Shown here in pieces: positions 19,144 through 30,535 of a DNA stretch of 64,000 bases. Both the position numbers and the translations under genes were made by a program. The notes beneath the pieces were generated by a model, which was not told the origin of the DNA, ran no database searches, and saw only the letters and a program-made list of their open reading frames with translations. The first letter of the stretch is position 1; each line of letters opens with the position of its first letter. The DNA is from Dimorphilus gyrociliatus (Eukaryota > Animalia > Annelida): contig CAJFCJ010000019.1 of the NCBI GenBank assembly GCA_904063045.1, positions 434,001 to 498,000 on the forward strand, read 5' to 3'.

Positions 19144-21849
19144 ATGTTCGAAGATCAAATTGAAGAGAAACCATCGAAGAAATATAACAAAAAGTGCATT
19201 AGTAATAAGTATCTAACTGGGCACAGTGTTAAACATGGCAATATTAGTAAGAAGAATCGCGATCGTCTTTTCAGCTGGATTTCTGATAAAAATGGATTCA
19301 TTGATAAAGACATCAACTCTTTTATTGAATCAGATTGTATTCCTACAAACAATGTAGAAAAACAGACGCATGTAGCAAAGAGTCGTTTGCATTTTGTGAA
19401 AAATCAAGATGACCAGAAGCAATACGCTCTGGAACTTTCGTTAAACAAAAGGAATCGTTGGAATACAGTTCAACAAACTGAATACAGTGAATCTGCTGAA
19501 AGATTAGATTATATAAGCGAAAATAATTATTCTATACTTCTACTACGCCAGACTCAACAAAAATTAATAAAGAAGAATATTGCAGAAGGTCAAACTTTCT
19601 ACGATAAAAATGGAAAAGTTCGAAAGAATATAAACGGAAAGCGTATTCGTTCAAAAATCATATCTGAAAGTAAAGAAATCAAAAAGCCTAATAACGAATT
19701 AGATATTGATAATACCGAAATTATGTTTGAAGTTTATCGATGTAAATCGGCATGTTCAAGGAAACGAAGGCATGAAACTTTCAAGTTAAAAGAAAAAGTC
19801 GGAAATAGAGTTAAACTTGAAACTTATACTCAACACTTTAAAAATGAGGTCTTAAGTAAAGCTGATTTTCAATATTCTTATGATGATGATGATGATGATG
19901 AATTTGAAGAATACGATGATTGTGAATACTCAAATGAAGCTCCTGCAAAAATCTGTCTGGCTGATTTCTTTTCAAGACCACGTTTAAAAGAAAAATCGAG
20001 AAATTCATCACAAGCAAGCTTGGAATCTCAAAATACTGCTAGTTCTCGTAAAGGACAAACAGTTGTTCTCAATGAAAACTATACATATAATTATAAAAAT
20101 CAAAAATATGATAGTCTTCCCCCTGAAAACCCTATAACTGCAAACTTTGAATTTTCTCTACCTACTAGTTGTTCACTCTCCTTTGCTGATTGTGATCTAG
20201 AAGATATTCCTATCATTGAAAGTCAAAGTACACCTCCTCTCTTTCTTCTAGACGTTTCATCTCAGATACGAACTATTCTTCTAGCCAGGGGAGATCTTTC
20301 GAGGCGAAAGAATCTGGTTAGGGCTCTTATCCTTATGAAATATCAAAGAAATGAAGATGCACTAAATGTTACAATGACTTTTACTGCCAACATTACTACA
20401 AGCAATAGACTCCCTCCTACAAAGAGCTTTAGTGTATCCAATTTCAAGGATATCGTTTACAACTTAAAACAAACGATAAATGACTGGTTAAAGGATGCAA
20501 TTCTAATAGATATATTAGATCTTTGCAATTTATTCTCCACGAAGGAGATAAAAATGAACAAAAATGGAACGATAAGTGATTTAATTCACGAACATCTAGG
20601 AATGACTCATAAAATTCGATCAAGAGAAGATACGTTCTACCAAAATTTGGAGGAGTATTGGATTGAGAATAAAACAAACGTAGAAATGGCGCATTTAAAA
20701 ACTACAATGGACGATAACACAAACCTCGTTTGTAATATTTGCTTCATTGAAATTGATAAAGGAAATAGTTTAGCATTAAAATGTAACCATTACTTCTGCA
20801 TTCAGTGCTGGGAAAGTCACCTAAAGTTTAAATTTATTGCCACCTGTCCTCAGTTTCAGTGTGATGAACCAGTTAAACTGCCTGTATACTACGCTTTATT
20901 CGGTTATTTGTTAACTTATCGAGTAGAGTCTAAAAGGGTCTCTGAAAGGAATATGGGTCAATGGTTAGCTTGCAAGAATTTTCAATGTAACTTAATGCTA
21001 AAAATGGAAAATATGGACAAACTACCTATGTGTGAATGCTTATGCAGTAAACATTGGTGTTTAGATTGCGATGATAACTTTCACTGGCCATCTGCGTGTG
21101 AACAACAAAAATTATACGATCAATTACGCAACCCTGGTAAAGGATCATCAAATGCACTGGGACAAGTAGTTGTTCGTGTTAAATCATGTCCCTATTGCAG
21201 ACGCAAATTTGAAAAGAATGGAGGTTGTAATTCAATGATGTGCCACTGCGGAGCTAATTTTTGTTGGGCTTGCGCTAAGCCAATGAAAAATCATATCAAT
21301 TGTAAACTTTTGGAGGAAGAGAAGTTCGTATTACGAGATTACCAATATTTCAACATGAGGATGATCAATCTTGCCGAGACTTGTTCTAGTACTTTGGAAT
21401 CTCTCAGAAACTCTTCAGAAAATCATGAAAAGTTGTTTCTCTTCTATAAAGATCAATTCAGCTGGTTAAATGAGCGTGAAAATAAGCGTTTCTTTATTAA
21501 CTTAGTGCAAAAAGTCAAATTTCAATGCTATAAAGAACTATTTCTCATTAAGAATATGGCCATCTTTCTTGGAGCTTTTGATGCAAGGGTGAAAATACCA
21601 AAAGATTTATCTGAGAAATTAACCCAATCAAGAAAATTTCTTAGTTCAGTATATTACCGAATCAAACTGCTAAAAAATTCAGTAGTTGGCAGTAAACGCC
21701 ACAAACCTCAACTATCTTTAAAAAATATTGAAAAATTTTCAATGAGATCTAGTAAAGATATGAAGGAGCTCGTTAAAATATGCCACGAGATAAAAGAAGG
21801 GAACTTTCAAAAATATATCTTAGATTCATTACACCATTTAAACTTGTAA
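19144..21849 (+). CDS. RBR E3 ubiquitin ligase, copy 4 (~901 aa, intronless)
   Basis: ORF is open from 19036, but ATG 19144 (MFEDQIEEKPS) aligns with copy 1 MMDEIIDKPS and is the likelier start. RING1 CNIC..KCNHYFCIQCW..CPQFQC; IBR CKNFQC..CLCSKHWCLDCDDNFHWPSAC; Rcat CPYC..GGCNSMMCHCGANFCWAC. Confidence 0.9.
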   Translation: MFEDQIEEKPSKKYNKKCISNKYLTGHSVKHGNISKKNRDRLFSWISDKNGFIDKDINSFIESDCIPTNNVEKQTHVAKSRLHFVKNQDDQKQYALELSLNKRNRWNTVQQTEYSESAERLDYISENNYSILLLRQTQQKLIKKNIAEGQTFYDKNGKVRKNINGKRIRSKIISESKEIKKPNNELDIDNTEIMFEVYRCKSACSRKRRHETFKLKEKVGNRVKLETYTQHFKNEVLSKADFQYSYDDDDDDEFEEYDDCEYSNEAPAKICLADFFSRPRLKEKSRNSSQASLESQNTASSRKGQTVVLNENYTYNYKNQKYDSLPPENPITANFEFSLPTSCSLSFADCDLEDIPIIESQSTPPLFLLDVSSQIRTILLARGDLSRRKNLVRALILMKYQRNEDALNVTMTFTANITTSNRLPPTKSFSVSNFKDIVYNLKQTINDWLKDAILIDILDLCNLFSTKEIKMNKNGTISDLIHEHLGMTHKIRSREDTFYQNLEEYWIENKTNVEMAHLKTTMDDNTNLVCNICFIEIDKGNSLALKCNHYFCIQCWESHLKFKFIATCPQFQCDEPVKLPVYYALFGYLLTYRVESKRVSERNMGQWLACKNFQCNLMLKMENMDKLPMCECLCSKHWCLDCDDNFHWPSACEQQKLYDQLRNPGKGSSNALGQVVVRVKSCPYCRRKFEKNGGCNSMMCHCGANFCWACAKPMKNHINCKLLEEEKFVLRDYQYFNMRMINLAETCSSTLESLRNSSENHEKLFLFYKDQFSWLNERENKRFFINLVQKVKFQCYKELFLIKNMAIFLGAFDARVKIPKDLSEKLTQSRKFLSSVYYRIKLLKNSVVGSKRHKPQLSLKNIEKFSMRSSKDMKELVKICHEIKEGNFQKYILDSLHHLNL

Positions 21850-22621
21850 AAAACACTATTTGTGACTTTTATATTATTACAAAATTTTATTTTTTATTAA
21901 TCAATACATTTTAAAAAATGCATTGAAGATATAAAGTGTTAAAAAGTTAAATGACAAAAATAACTTCAAATCTATGTTTGAAAACGTCATTGCCTTGAGT
22001 AGAAAGTTGGTAGGCTTCATTCTAAATTAACCAAACTATATAGCTTTTAGAGTTGGTAAACTGCTAGTATTTTCTGAAGGTCATTTGAATGCTATAATCT
22101 TCCAGTTGTCTATAGATGTTTCAAACACTATATATCTTTCCCAAAATGACAAAAGTTATATAGTATTTATATAAAAAAAATACATTTTCATTATAATTTA
22201 TCAACATAAAATAGTAAGCTTTAGCAACAAAAAAACAAAAAGGTATAATTAAAAGGGAAAAGATTGTTATTTGTGTTGGTGAATTTTTTATGCAAATCCT
22301 TTTTTCAATTTTGTATTGAACAGATAGATAAAAAAAACTGTTTACCTGAAAAATTCGTGGTAGTTTGTTGGATGTTTTTTTTTTAAGTTGAGAGAAAGAT
22401 CTGAATTTTATTATTGTTTGTAGCCTATTTTCAAAAGAAGTATTTCTATTTATTTGGAAAATTGCATGAAATACTTCTTTAAAAGTAAACAGCATTTCAT
22501 TTTTAATTGAAATTAGTTATATACAGTAATTTCACGTATATGAGAATTTCACATATACATTAAGAATAAATTGAGGAACAACAATATCAGTCTTATTTTT
22601 TTAGAAAGCATTTCATAAATA

Positions 22622-24876
22622 TCAATCCACAGGTTCATTTTGTGGAAATTTTTTATCACTATTCTGTTGAGTCCTTTCAAATCTTTCTAACCTTCTCTTT
22701 CGTAATTCATTTTCCTGGGTATCCTCAGCTCTTGAGGAATCTGCAGTTACTTCTTCAGAAACAGCGGTATACCCAACAGCACCTTCTGTTTTCGAGGAAA
22801 AAAATTGAATTAGCTTGCATACGCTCTATAGTTTGCAATCAATTTCTACTAAAAGATCATACCTAGTTGTTCGTCGGTTGTTTTACTTTGTGAGGAGGGA
22901 GATGTAGCTGTTTCCCTATTCTCTTCCTTTGTAGTACTAGTTTCCGGTTGTGGGTCTTTATTGGTGTAGGCACTCCAGTCAATATTAGCAGTTATTGAAC
23001 TATATTGATGAAAATGAGTCATAGCAGCATCAAGAAGAGTTCGAATATTTCTCAAGCACATTATTCTTGCTTCTACAGCTCGTCTCTCATTTCCTTCCAA
23101 ACTTCTTAGCTGCTCCTCGGTCATTTGAGCCAGCTGCTCTGGCATTATAGGAGCAACGGGTGGTGGAGGAAACGACGGCATACCGAGTGTGAAAAAGGGC
23201 ATAAAAGATCCCGGAGGAGGTGGAGGAGGCGGGTTAACACCCATAGGTGGTAGAGTAAATGGTACTCTGGGAGCTGATGAAGTATTAACACTAGTTGTGG
23301 GTGTTGGGGTAGTTGAAGAACTATCGGTTGCTAGAATAGTGAGAAGACGACGTGAAGTAAAAAAGCTCCTTTTCTTTTAAAAAAAATTAAACTTACTAGT
23401 TGTTTGTGCTGATTGATTCGGTTGTCGTGGAACTTGTGGTGGTGGAATAGGCCAAAAATTGGGCATTTGAGCAGGTGCGGGAGCAGGCTGAGGTGCTGGT
23501 GCCGGCTGTGGGGGTGGAGGAACTCTATTTGCTTGAGACGTTTCAGACTGAAGCACATCTAATCGACAGATAGGACATGATTGTTGACGTTGGAACCAAG
23601 AGCGAAGACAAGATGTGTGAAAAATATGCCGACATGGTAGTTTTTTACAGGAGCCCACAGCCATATCTTCTCGGCAAATTATGCAAACATTATCGGTTGC
23701 CTGAAGTTCTTCAGCAGTCGCATTAGGATACAGAGTATTCATATTTCTAATTGCTCTTCGAGATTTAATCACGTCATTCAATGACTTTTTGAATGATCTC
23801 ATAGTTAAATACAAAGGCCTTATTGCAAAAAGAGGGAACGTTAGAACCTTAATCATGATACTAAAGAACAAAACGTAGAGAACGACTTTGATGAAGCCGA
23901 GAACAAGTTCACCATATAATAAGTAAACGGCTTTATTCTCCCATGGATTTTCCGATTGTAAATCAATAGCATGTAGGACGTATTTCATAAGGACAGTAGC
24001 AGTCACAGTTAACAAGATAGCATACTAAAAAAAAGATAATTGAAAATTCAATCTATGTCTATTGTTAATTTTAAGAAAAAAAATTTACTTCAAATCCGAA
24101 CACCAGTTGAACAGATGCTCCTTTTATTAATATGCTTTGGTAAGCATGATTGATCAAAAATAAATCCAAGCTGCTTAGTAGAACTATAAAAGCTATGTGA
24201 AAAATATAAAAGAAAATATATAATTTTTATAAATAATGTATAAATGATGTATCTTTTTTTATAAATTGATAAGTTACCTATAGCTCGTATATGAAATAAG
24301 ATTGATATCGCAGGACTCCTTTCCATCTGTAAAGTATGATTGGCGTTAAAACAAATAGTAATTTTTTATTAGGTCTACTTACATAGTCAATTCTATCTTC
24401 TGATAGCCAATGGAATCCTTTCAAAAATAGAAGGAGAGTGAACATTGCTACAAATTTTGGACTAAAGTCATCTCGGAATACTGTGAAGGCTAAGCAAGTT
24501 TCTGTCACGGCGTACCAAGATTTTTCAATAAGATGCTAGAATGTGAAAATATTAGTAAAAAAAATTTTTTTGAAATATATAAAATCAAACAAACTTCAAC
24601 TTCTGCTGCTCTTAATTGACCAAAAAATATCTTTTTTAAAAGCTTACCAAATAATACAACGAAAACAAAAGCTTGGGCGTATAATACCTGTAAAAAAGAA
24701 TTAGATCTGTAAATGAACCAGATTATCGCTCATATTTATAAACTTACCGCCATACTAGGGTTAGATTTTGTCAAATAGACTACAGAAGGGTAGAATTGAT
24801 TTTTCTGATAAAAAGCATTGAAAATAACTCCAGCCGTTAAGGCGAAACTACTCAATGTTACTAGTACTGCTTTCAT
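22622..24876 (-). CDS. SYVN1: Synoviolin / HRD1 ERAD E3 ubiquitin ligase (multi-exon)
   Basis: ATG 24876: MKAVLVTLSSFALTAGVIFNAFYQKNQFYPSVVYLTKSNPSMA; TETCLAFTVFRDDF; RING-H2 CIICREDM..CKKLPCRHIFHTSCLRSWFQRQQSCPICR; Pro-rich region; EQLRSLEGNERRAVEARIMCLRNI; final exon ELRKRRLERF..VD* with stop at 22624-22622. Confidence 0.95.
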
Positions 24877-24937
24877 TTTCTTTTTACTCTTACGTGGACT
24901 GCTAGTGGTTTGATCAATATGGCAGTGGAAAGTGCTA

Positions 24938-24947
24938 TGCGCATGCG
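24938..24947. promoter_or_regulatory. NRF1-like site upstream of HRD1
   Basis: TGCGCATGCG about 60 bp upstream of the HRD1 ATG. Motif match only. Confidence 0.35.
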
Positions 24948-25454
24948 TAACGACCCGCCAAAGGTCATCCGAAAAGAGATCAATAAGCTATTTATCGGAG
25001 CGACTTTCGATGGCGATTGATAGAATTAGTGGTAATAAGTTAACTATCCTAGCATTAGTAACTTTAATCGTTAAAAATAATCATCATATTAGAGATCTAT
25101 TCTAAGGATATCGCGCAGACTTTGAACAATATTTGAATTGTTTATATATCAAAAGATACGAGTTTAGTTGTCGTGTATGAATTTTATTGGTTAATTTTAC
25201 GAAATTTAAAGAAATGTATCGTGTAATATCTTAAATCACACAACGAAAGCAAACAACTTTTAATTAATGCAAGTAATTTCGCAATCTCAATTTTTCAAGA
25301 CACTTTCACAACAAATAATAATCTTCTATAATACTGATTATAAAGAGAATAACAGATTTAAATATTCAGTAAATGTAATATACTAATTCTGCGGAATCTA
25401 AATAAGATTGTAATTTAAAATTAAATATTGTATAGTTCTCGCTAACTAGAAATT

Positions 25455-28400
25455 CTATAAACAGCCGGAGTACGTGGAACTGCTTCCTTTTCTGGAATCG
25501 CACGGAATTCCTCTGAATTCGTTGATATCTGTGCTTTTTCTTCGCATATTCTCCGATAATCGGTTTATTCTTATTTGACTCGATCTTCTTGAGGATAGAA
25601 GGCAGGTGGCTGGAATGTTGTTAGAATTTCGACGGGAACCAACAGAGTTGCCCGATGTTGGTATATGACCGTGAGCTGTTGCTCGCACTCTCTGATAGCG
25701 ATCCTTACAAATTCCACATTTTGCTAATGTTGCCAACAAGTCTTTTTTAAATTGCGATGTTAACAATGCGTAAATGAGCGGATTAGCACAGGCGTTTAAA
25801 GGGAAAAAAGTCACTACAACGACTTTGCTCTGGCTAACATCTACGAGAGGATAGCCTGCGGCTGCAGTTAAACCCAGAAAGGCAACAGGAACAACGCATA
25901 CAAGATCCGTAAGGACCAGCGGTGCCATTCTCTTAGCAACTTTTGCATCTACCGGACTTCCACTTGCTTGTCCTCCTCTCGCACGACGAAATATATCAAT
26001 ATAAGCAGTAGCTGCGTAAAAAATGATACAAGAGAGATAATTATAATTTATAATACTTGTTTTTCAACAATAGACCCTTAATTAAGATATTTTTTACTAT
26101 ATACTTGTATATAGTATACTATAGTATACATAGTACATAAATGACTAATACTTTAACGTGTGGATAGCAATAAATATGTTGATATTGAGATTAGAATAAG
26201 AAGAAATAGTAATACCGATTATGATAAAACCAATAATTTGAAGAAGTAGGAGGATAAAGACGTAGATTTGCGCCTGCGAATTAGATACGTCCATTGGCAG
26301 ACAAACAGATGTCTTACCGTACGTGCTAACGCCTGACAAGGGTAGCGTTGCTATAGAGACGCTATATATCCAAGCCAATAGCATAGCGATAGCGGCTCTC
26401 TTTAATGAAATTCTTTTCGTTAATCTCACCGCGTAAGCAATAGTGTACCATCTCTCAATTGTAAGTAAAACCAGAGCTGAGGTTGAAACATTCGCCGCTA
26501 GAACGGCTAAAAATCCTGCAGCTTGACAACCTGGACCATCTTGCCATCTAATTGCATAATTGAAATAAACACCTCTAGTGCTATGGTCAATACTAGCTAA
26601 ACATAACAAATATATCCCTAAGCTTAAATCAGCAATTGATAGATGAGAGATGAGAAATTTGGAAACTCTTAAACCTGTTTTCAGTGTACAGATATTAACT
26701 ATCAGTACTACACTATTACCAATCACAGCTAACAGGATAGCAAACCAAACGACTACTCTTAACCACTCAGAACCAAGAACACCTTCACAGGGATTAAATG
26801 CATCTGGCGCCGGTGTACAAGAAACATTCTGTAGGAATTTAATGATTTCTCCCGAACCGCATATTGTTGATTGATTAATAATATGGGTACTCGGTAGAGG
26901 CATAACATCCCATCCACCTTTTGAAGTTTCTTTCTTTAAATTTGCTTCTACACATTTGTTATTAAATTCTCTATCAAATTTCGACCAATCCCAAAGTGGA
27001 TATTGTAATTTTGGCTTTTTAAATGCGCAGCAATGGTAGGAATAAGTAAGCTTTGTCACTTTCAATTTAGGAAATTTTCCAACGGGCGGAAATTTTTTTA
27101 AAGTTGATACATTTTCCAAATTCAAGTACTCAAGATGGCCTAAACCACTTGTTGGCAATTTTACAATTGATGTTGACGATAAATCCCTAACAAATGTTTT
27201 AAATAGCAAACAGTTAATACAACTAGTACTTTCTCCTATTAGATTAAGATACAGAATATATGTAATATATAATATCACGATAATTATTAATTTTACTTAC
27301 AATTTTATCAATCCTTTTACATTTTGAAATGCTAAATCATGTAAAAAATTCAATCTTGGATTACCATTAAGATTTCTGCCAAAAGAATACAAAGAATAGA
27401 ATTAAGATATACATAAATTTTAATATGACCTTGTTTAGTACCCCCTTTTTACTTTATATATAATATATACATAGTATGTTTTATACTGTTTGCACTGTAA
27501 ATTTTCTATTTAGCATCATTCAGAGTACTCTAATTAAATTGTTTTTATCACCTTGAACTTCCTTTATTTGTTATTTTTAAATAATCTAAAAACATTGTTT
27601 ATTGAAAAGATACAAAATAATAATGACTTACAGCTTGGATAATTCTATAGAAGAGAATGCATCTTTTTCAATTCTTTCTAACGACGATTTCGTAATGCAT
27701 CTATAATGAAGAGAGAAAGAAAGAAAGAGGGAGAGAGAGAGAGAGAGAGAGAGAGAAAAGATGTAATAACAATAAAATGTAATATAGTTTATTATGTTTC
27801 TCTTACAATTCTCCGATGACAGTAGTTTGGTTTAATGTTGATCTAAAACTATCTGATTTCAACACTCGTATCGGATTACCACTAAAGTCTCTATAAGAAA
27901 ACATAAAGGGGAAAAGATTAATAAATAAGGAAAAGAAAAAAGAAACAATTTCTTTTTACTTACAACTTTATTGGTGTTTTCGTAGAAAACGTAGAAAAAT
28001 CTGGTAGTTTAGTCAAATTACAATACTTTATTTTTCTATTAATCAAGAAAATTAAATTAAAAGTACATGTCCTTTTTCAGTTTTTCGTTTTTTTATCTAC
28101 ATTAAGTAGCCTTACAGTGTCGTTAGATTCCTTAGTGATGTCATTATATCTGAGCATTCTGTTAGCATTTTACTATTCTCGATAAGTCTTTGAAAACAAA
28201 AAAGTAAAGCAAAAAGTCATATTTAGTTTTTTGTTTTAAAAAAGAAGAAAACAATGGAAATAAGCAAACTTACATTGTTTTCAAAACGCTTACTTGACCC
28301 AAATTAAAAGATCCTTTATGAATTTTCTTTAACTTTTCATTGCGTGTCAAAACTCTGTTTGTTTGTAAATATATTTATAAAGAGAGAGAGAGAGAGAGCA

Positions 28401-30535
28401 AAAGAAACAAACTAAATATATGCATACATGCACCTATGCTGTATTCTCTTCCTTGTTATTCTTTCACAATAATTAGAGGATAAATATGATACATATACTA
28501 TATAAGTATTAATTAAAAAACAAACAGTTAATTGCTCTCTTTATCATACTTTCTTGTGGAAGGAATTCAGAGAAAATGCATGATTAGTCAATTAAAATAT
28601 AATAATTGCTTTCAATTTTTCTTGGAAACAGATTAGCTTTAGAAACATTTTCAAATATTTCCTTCCTCTTCTGCCTTTTTTTCTTCCTCTTTTAAGTCTA
28701 AAAGATGAGAGTACTCGCTAAAACTTATAATATAAAAATTCAATTAATTAAGGAGAATGCATCCGCTATTCTATATAGATTTATTAGTAATCTTTTTTCA
28801 ATTGTACAGGTGCGTCAATCCCTACGCATTGTATATGGCAACTAGGTATATTCTGTATATATATATATATATATATACTGTATATATTTGATAATAAATT
28901 CAGAGCTTTTAATTTAATCTTTCTTCAATCTTTCTTAATTTTGTTACTTATATACATGATACAGTATACAATAGTCGACAAAAGTAACCGGACACTACTA
29001 CAGGTTTGTTTTAAAAATCTTAACTCCTCCTACTTTACGATGTTGTTGTGAAAAATATAATATATAATTATATACAGTATAGTGTATATATTGCCTGTTA
29101 AGTTAGATATTCTATAAAAGGTATTTGGGAAGAATTTCACTTTACGGTAGGAGAATTCAGGTAGCCATTTAAAAGAGTTGTTTTGAAAGTCTGGAATAGA
29201 GATCATGGATTAGCTTGTCCATAGTTCAGATCTCAATATTTGCCGAATGCTCCAGAAGAAGATTTATGATGAAACATAGTTTTCTAAAAGATGATAATCT
29301 TTAGTAGAGAATTGAAGATGAGGCTAATAGACTGTTAAACAACCAACCAATAATTATCTTAAACTTCCATAGAGATATAGAGTGAGTAGGGTAGCGAAAG
29401 ATATAAAATAAATTATGTCCGATTATTTTTGGCGATTAATGTAAATAAACAGGACATTTATTTGCTTAAATAAGTTATATATAGAGTATCTTACATGTGT
29501 GTCAACCTAGAATAATTACGGAAGGGTGAAATCTTCCCAAAGGGCGATATTTCCTCAATAAGTGTATTCTTAACAAGTCTGAAAAAAGTTAGATTTTCCA
29601 TTTAATAGATAGATAATAGAAACAATGGATTATATCAAAATATGAAATAATTAGTAACTTTTCATCTTATTGGTTAATTTGTATATAGGAATGTTATATA
29701 CTGTATAAGTGACAGTATAAATACACTTTTATAGTTCTCTATTTTTTAATTGATAGTATTATATAATCCCCAATTAGCAACAGATATTCTCTCCTCTCCC
29801 GGGAGAAATGTCAAATTTTCCGAAAAAAGAATAAGACACCAATAACAAACAGGAAATAGAAGGGTAAAGAAATAGAGTGAAATGGCATTGATTTAATGAA
29901 GCTTTACCTTAATTCTGACAGGTAAATTATAAGAGATGATTCGGATTTTGGTAATTTGAAAGAATAATAATAAGATTTGTTTAAAACAGAACTGACCAGT
30001 GTAACAGAGAAACACAATAGTTGTAATTAGTAAAAACAGTGAGAAGTCGCATAAAGCTATTTTGCCGCTTCTAATAATTAAAAAAACGACATGCAATGAT
30101 TAAACGGAATTAATTTCTTGACTGATTGCAAGTTTATAGCGTTTCCTTGAAACGAAGGGGATTACAAGGTATCACATTTCAAGGGTACGTGATTACGAAG
30201 CACTAGAACATTGACAATTCATGATTGCTTCTCTCTTGCTAATTGTTTCTCTATAAACGGTCTTTTTCTTTCGAGAATCTTATAAAAAGGGTTTTTTTGT
30301 TATCTATTTTGTTTGTTGTTTTTACTTACAGTATATCAATTGTTGGAGGTAAGTTGGCAGGAATCTCCGTAATGTTTCTCCCTTGACACTTGGCTACTGA
30401 TTGATTATTGCCATTTTTACAACAGTTGCAAGGTCCGCAAGGTGTACAATTCGACCCATCTAGGTCCACTTTCCTCTGTATACTTTTAGTATACACTAAA
30501 AGCGTCTGGGCTAGTAGCAGCCGAAGGCAGCGCAT
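25455..30535 (-). CDS. Type A LRR-containing GPCR (glycoprotein hormone / GPA2-GPB5 receptor-like)
   Basis: Exon 1 (30535-30330) encodes a signal-like peptide and Cys-rich LRRNT. About seven ~70-80 nt LRR exons lie between ~27300 and ~29580, the one-LRR-per-exon layout of type A LGRs. Hinge LTYSYHCCAF..DAFNPCEGVLG; 7TM with ERW, SVCLPMD, DAKVAKRMA and NACANPLIY; intron 26215-26012 in TM5. Confidence 0.9.
27731..27755. repeat. (GA)n microsatellite
   Basis: About 12 uninterrupted GA units in an LGR intron. Confidence 0.95.
28381..28398. repeat. (AG)n microsatellite
   Basis: 9 AG units in an LGR intron. Confidence 0.9.
28856..28877. repeat. (TA)n microsatellite
   Basis: 11 TA units running into TACTGTA. 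Confidence 0.95.

Noticed and set aside
22121-22495. 124-aa minus-strand ORF downstream of HRD1
   Set aside because: F/I/K/N-rich translation typical of AT-rich non-coding DNA; likely HRD1 3' flank.
28852-28882. CTGTATATA..TACTGTA, reminiscent of a bacterial LexA SOS box
   Set aside because: The context is a eukaryotic intron and the orientation is not the SOS-box inverted repeat; better explained by TA microsatellites and possible transposon footprints.
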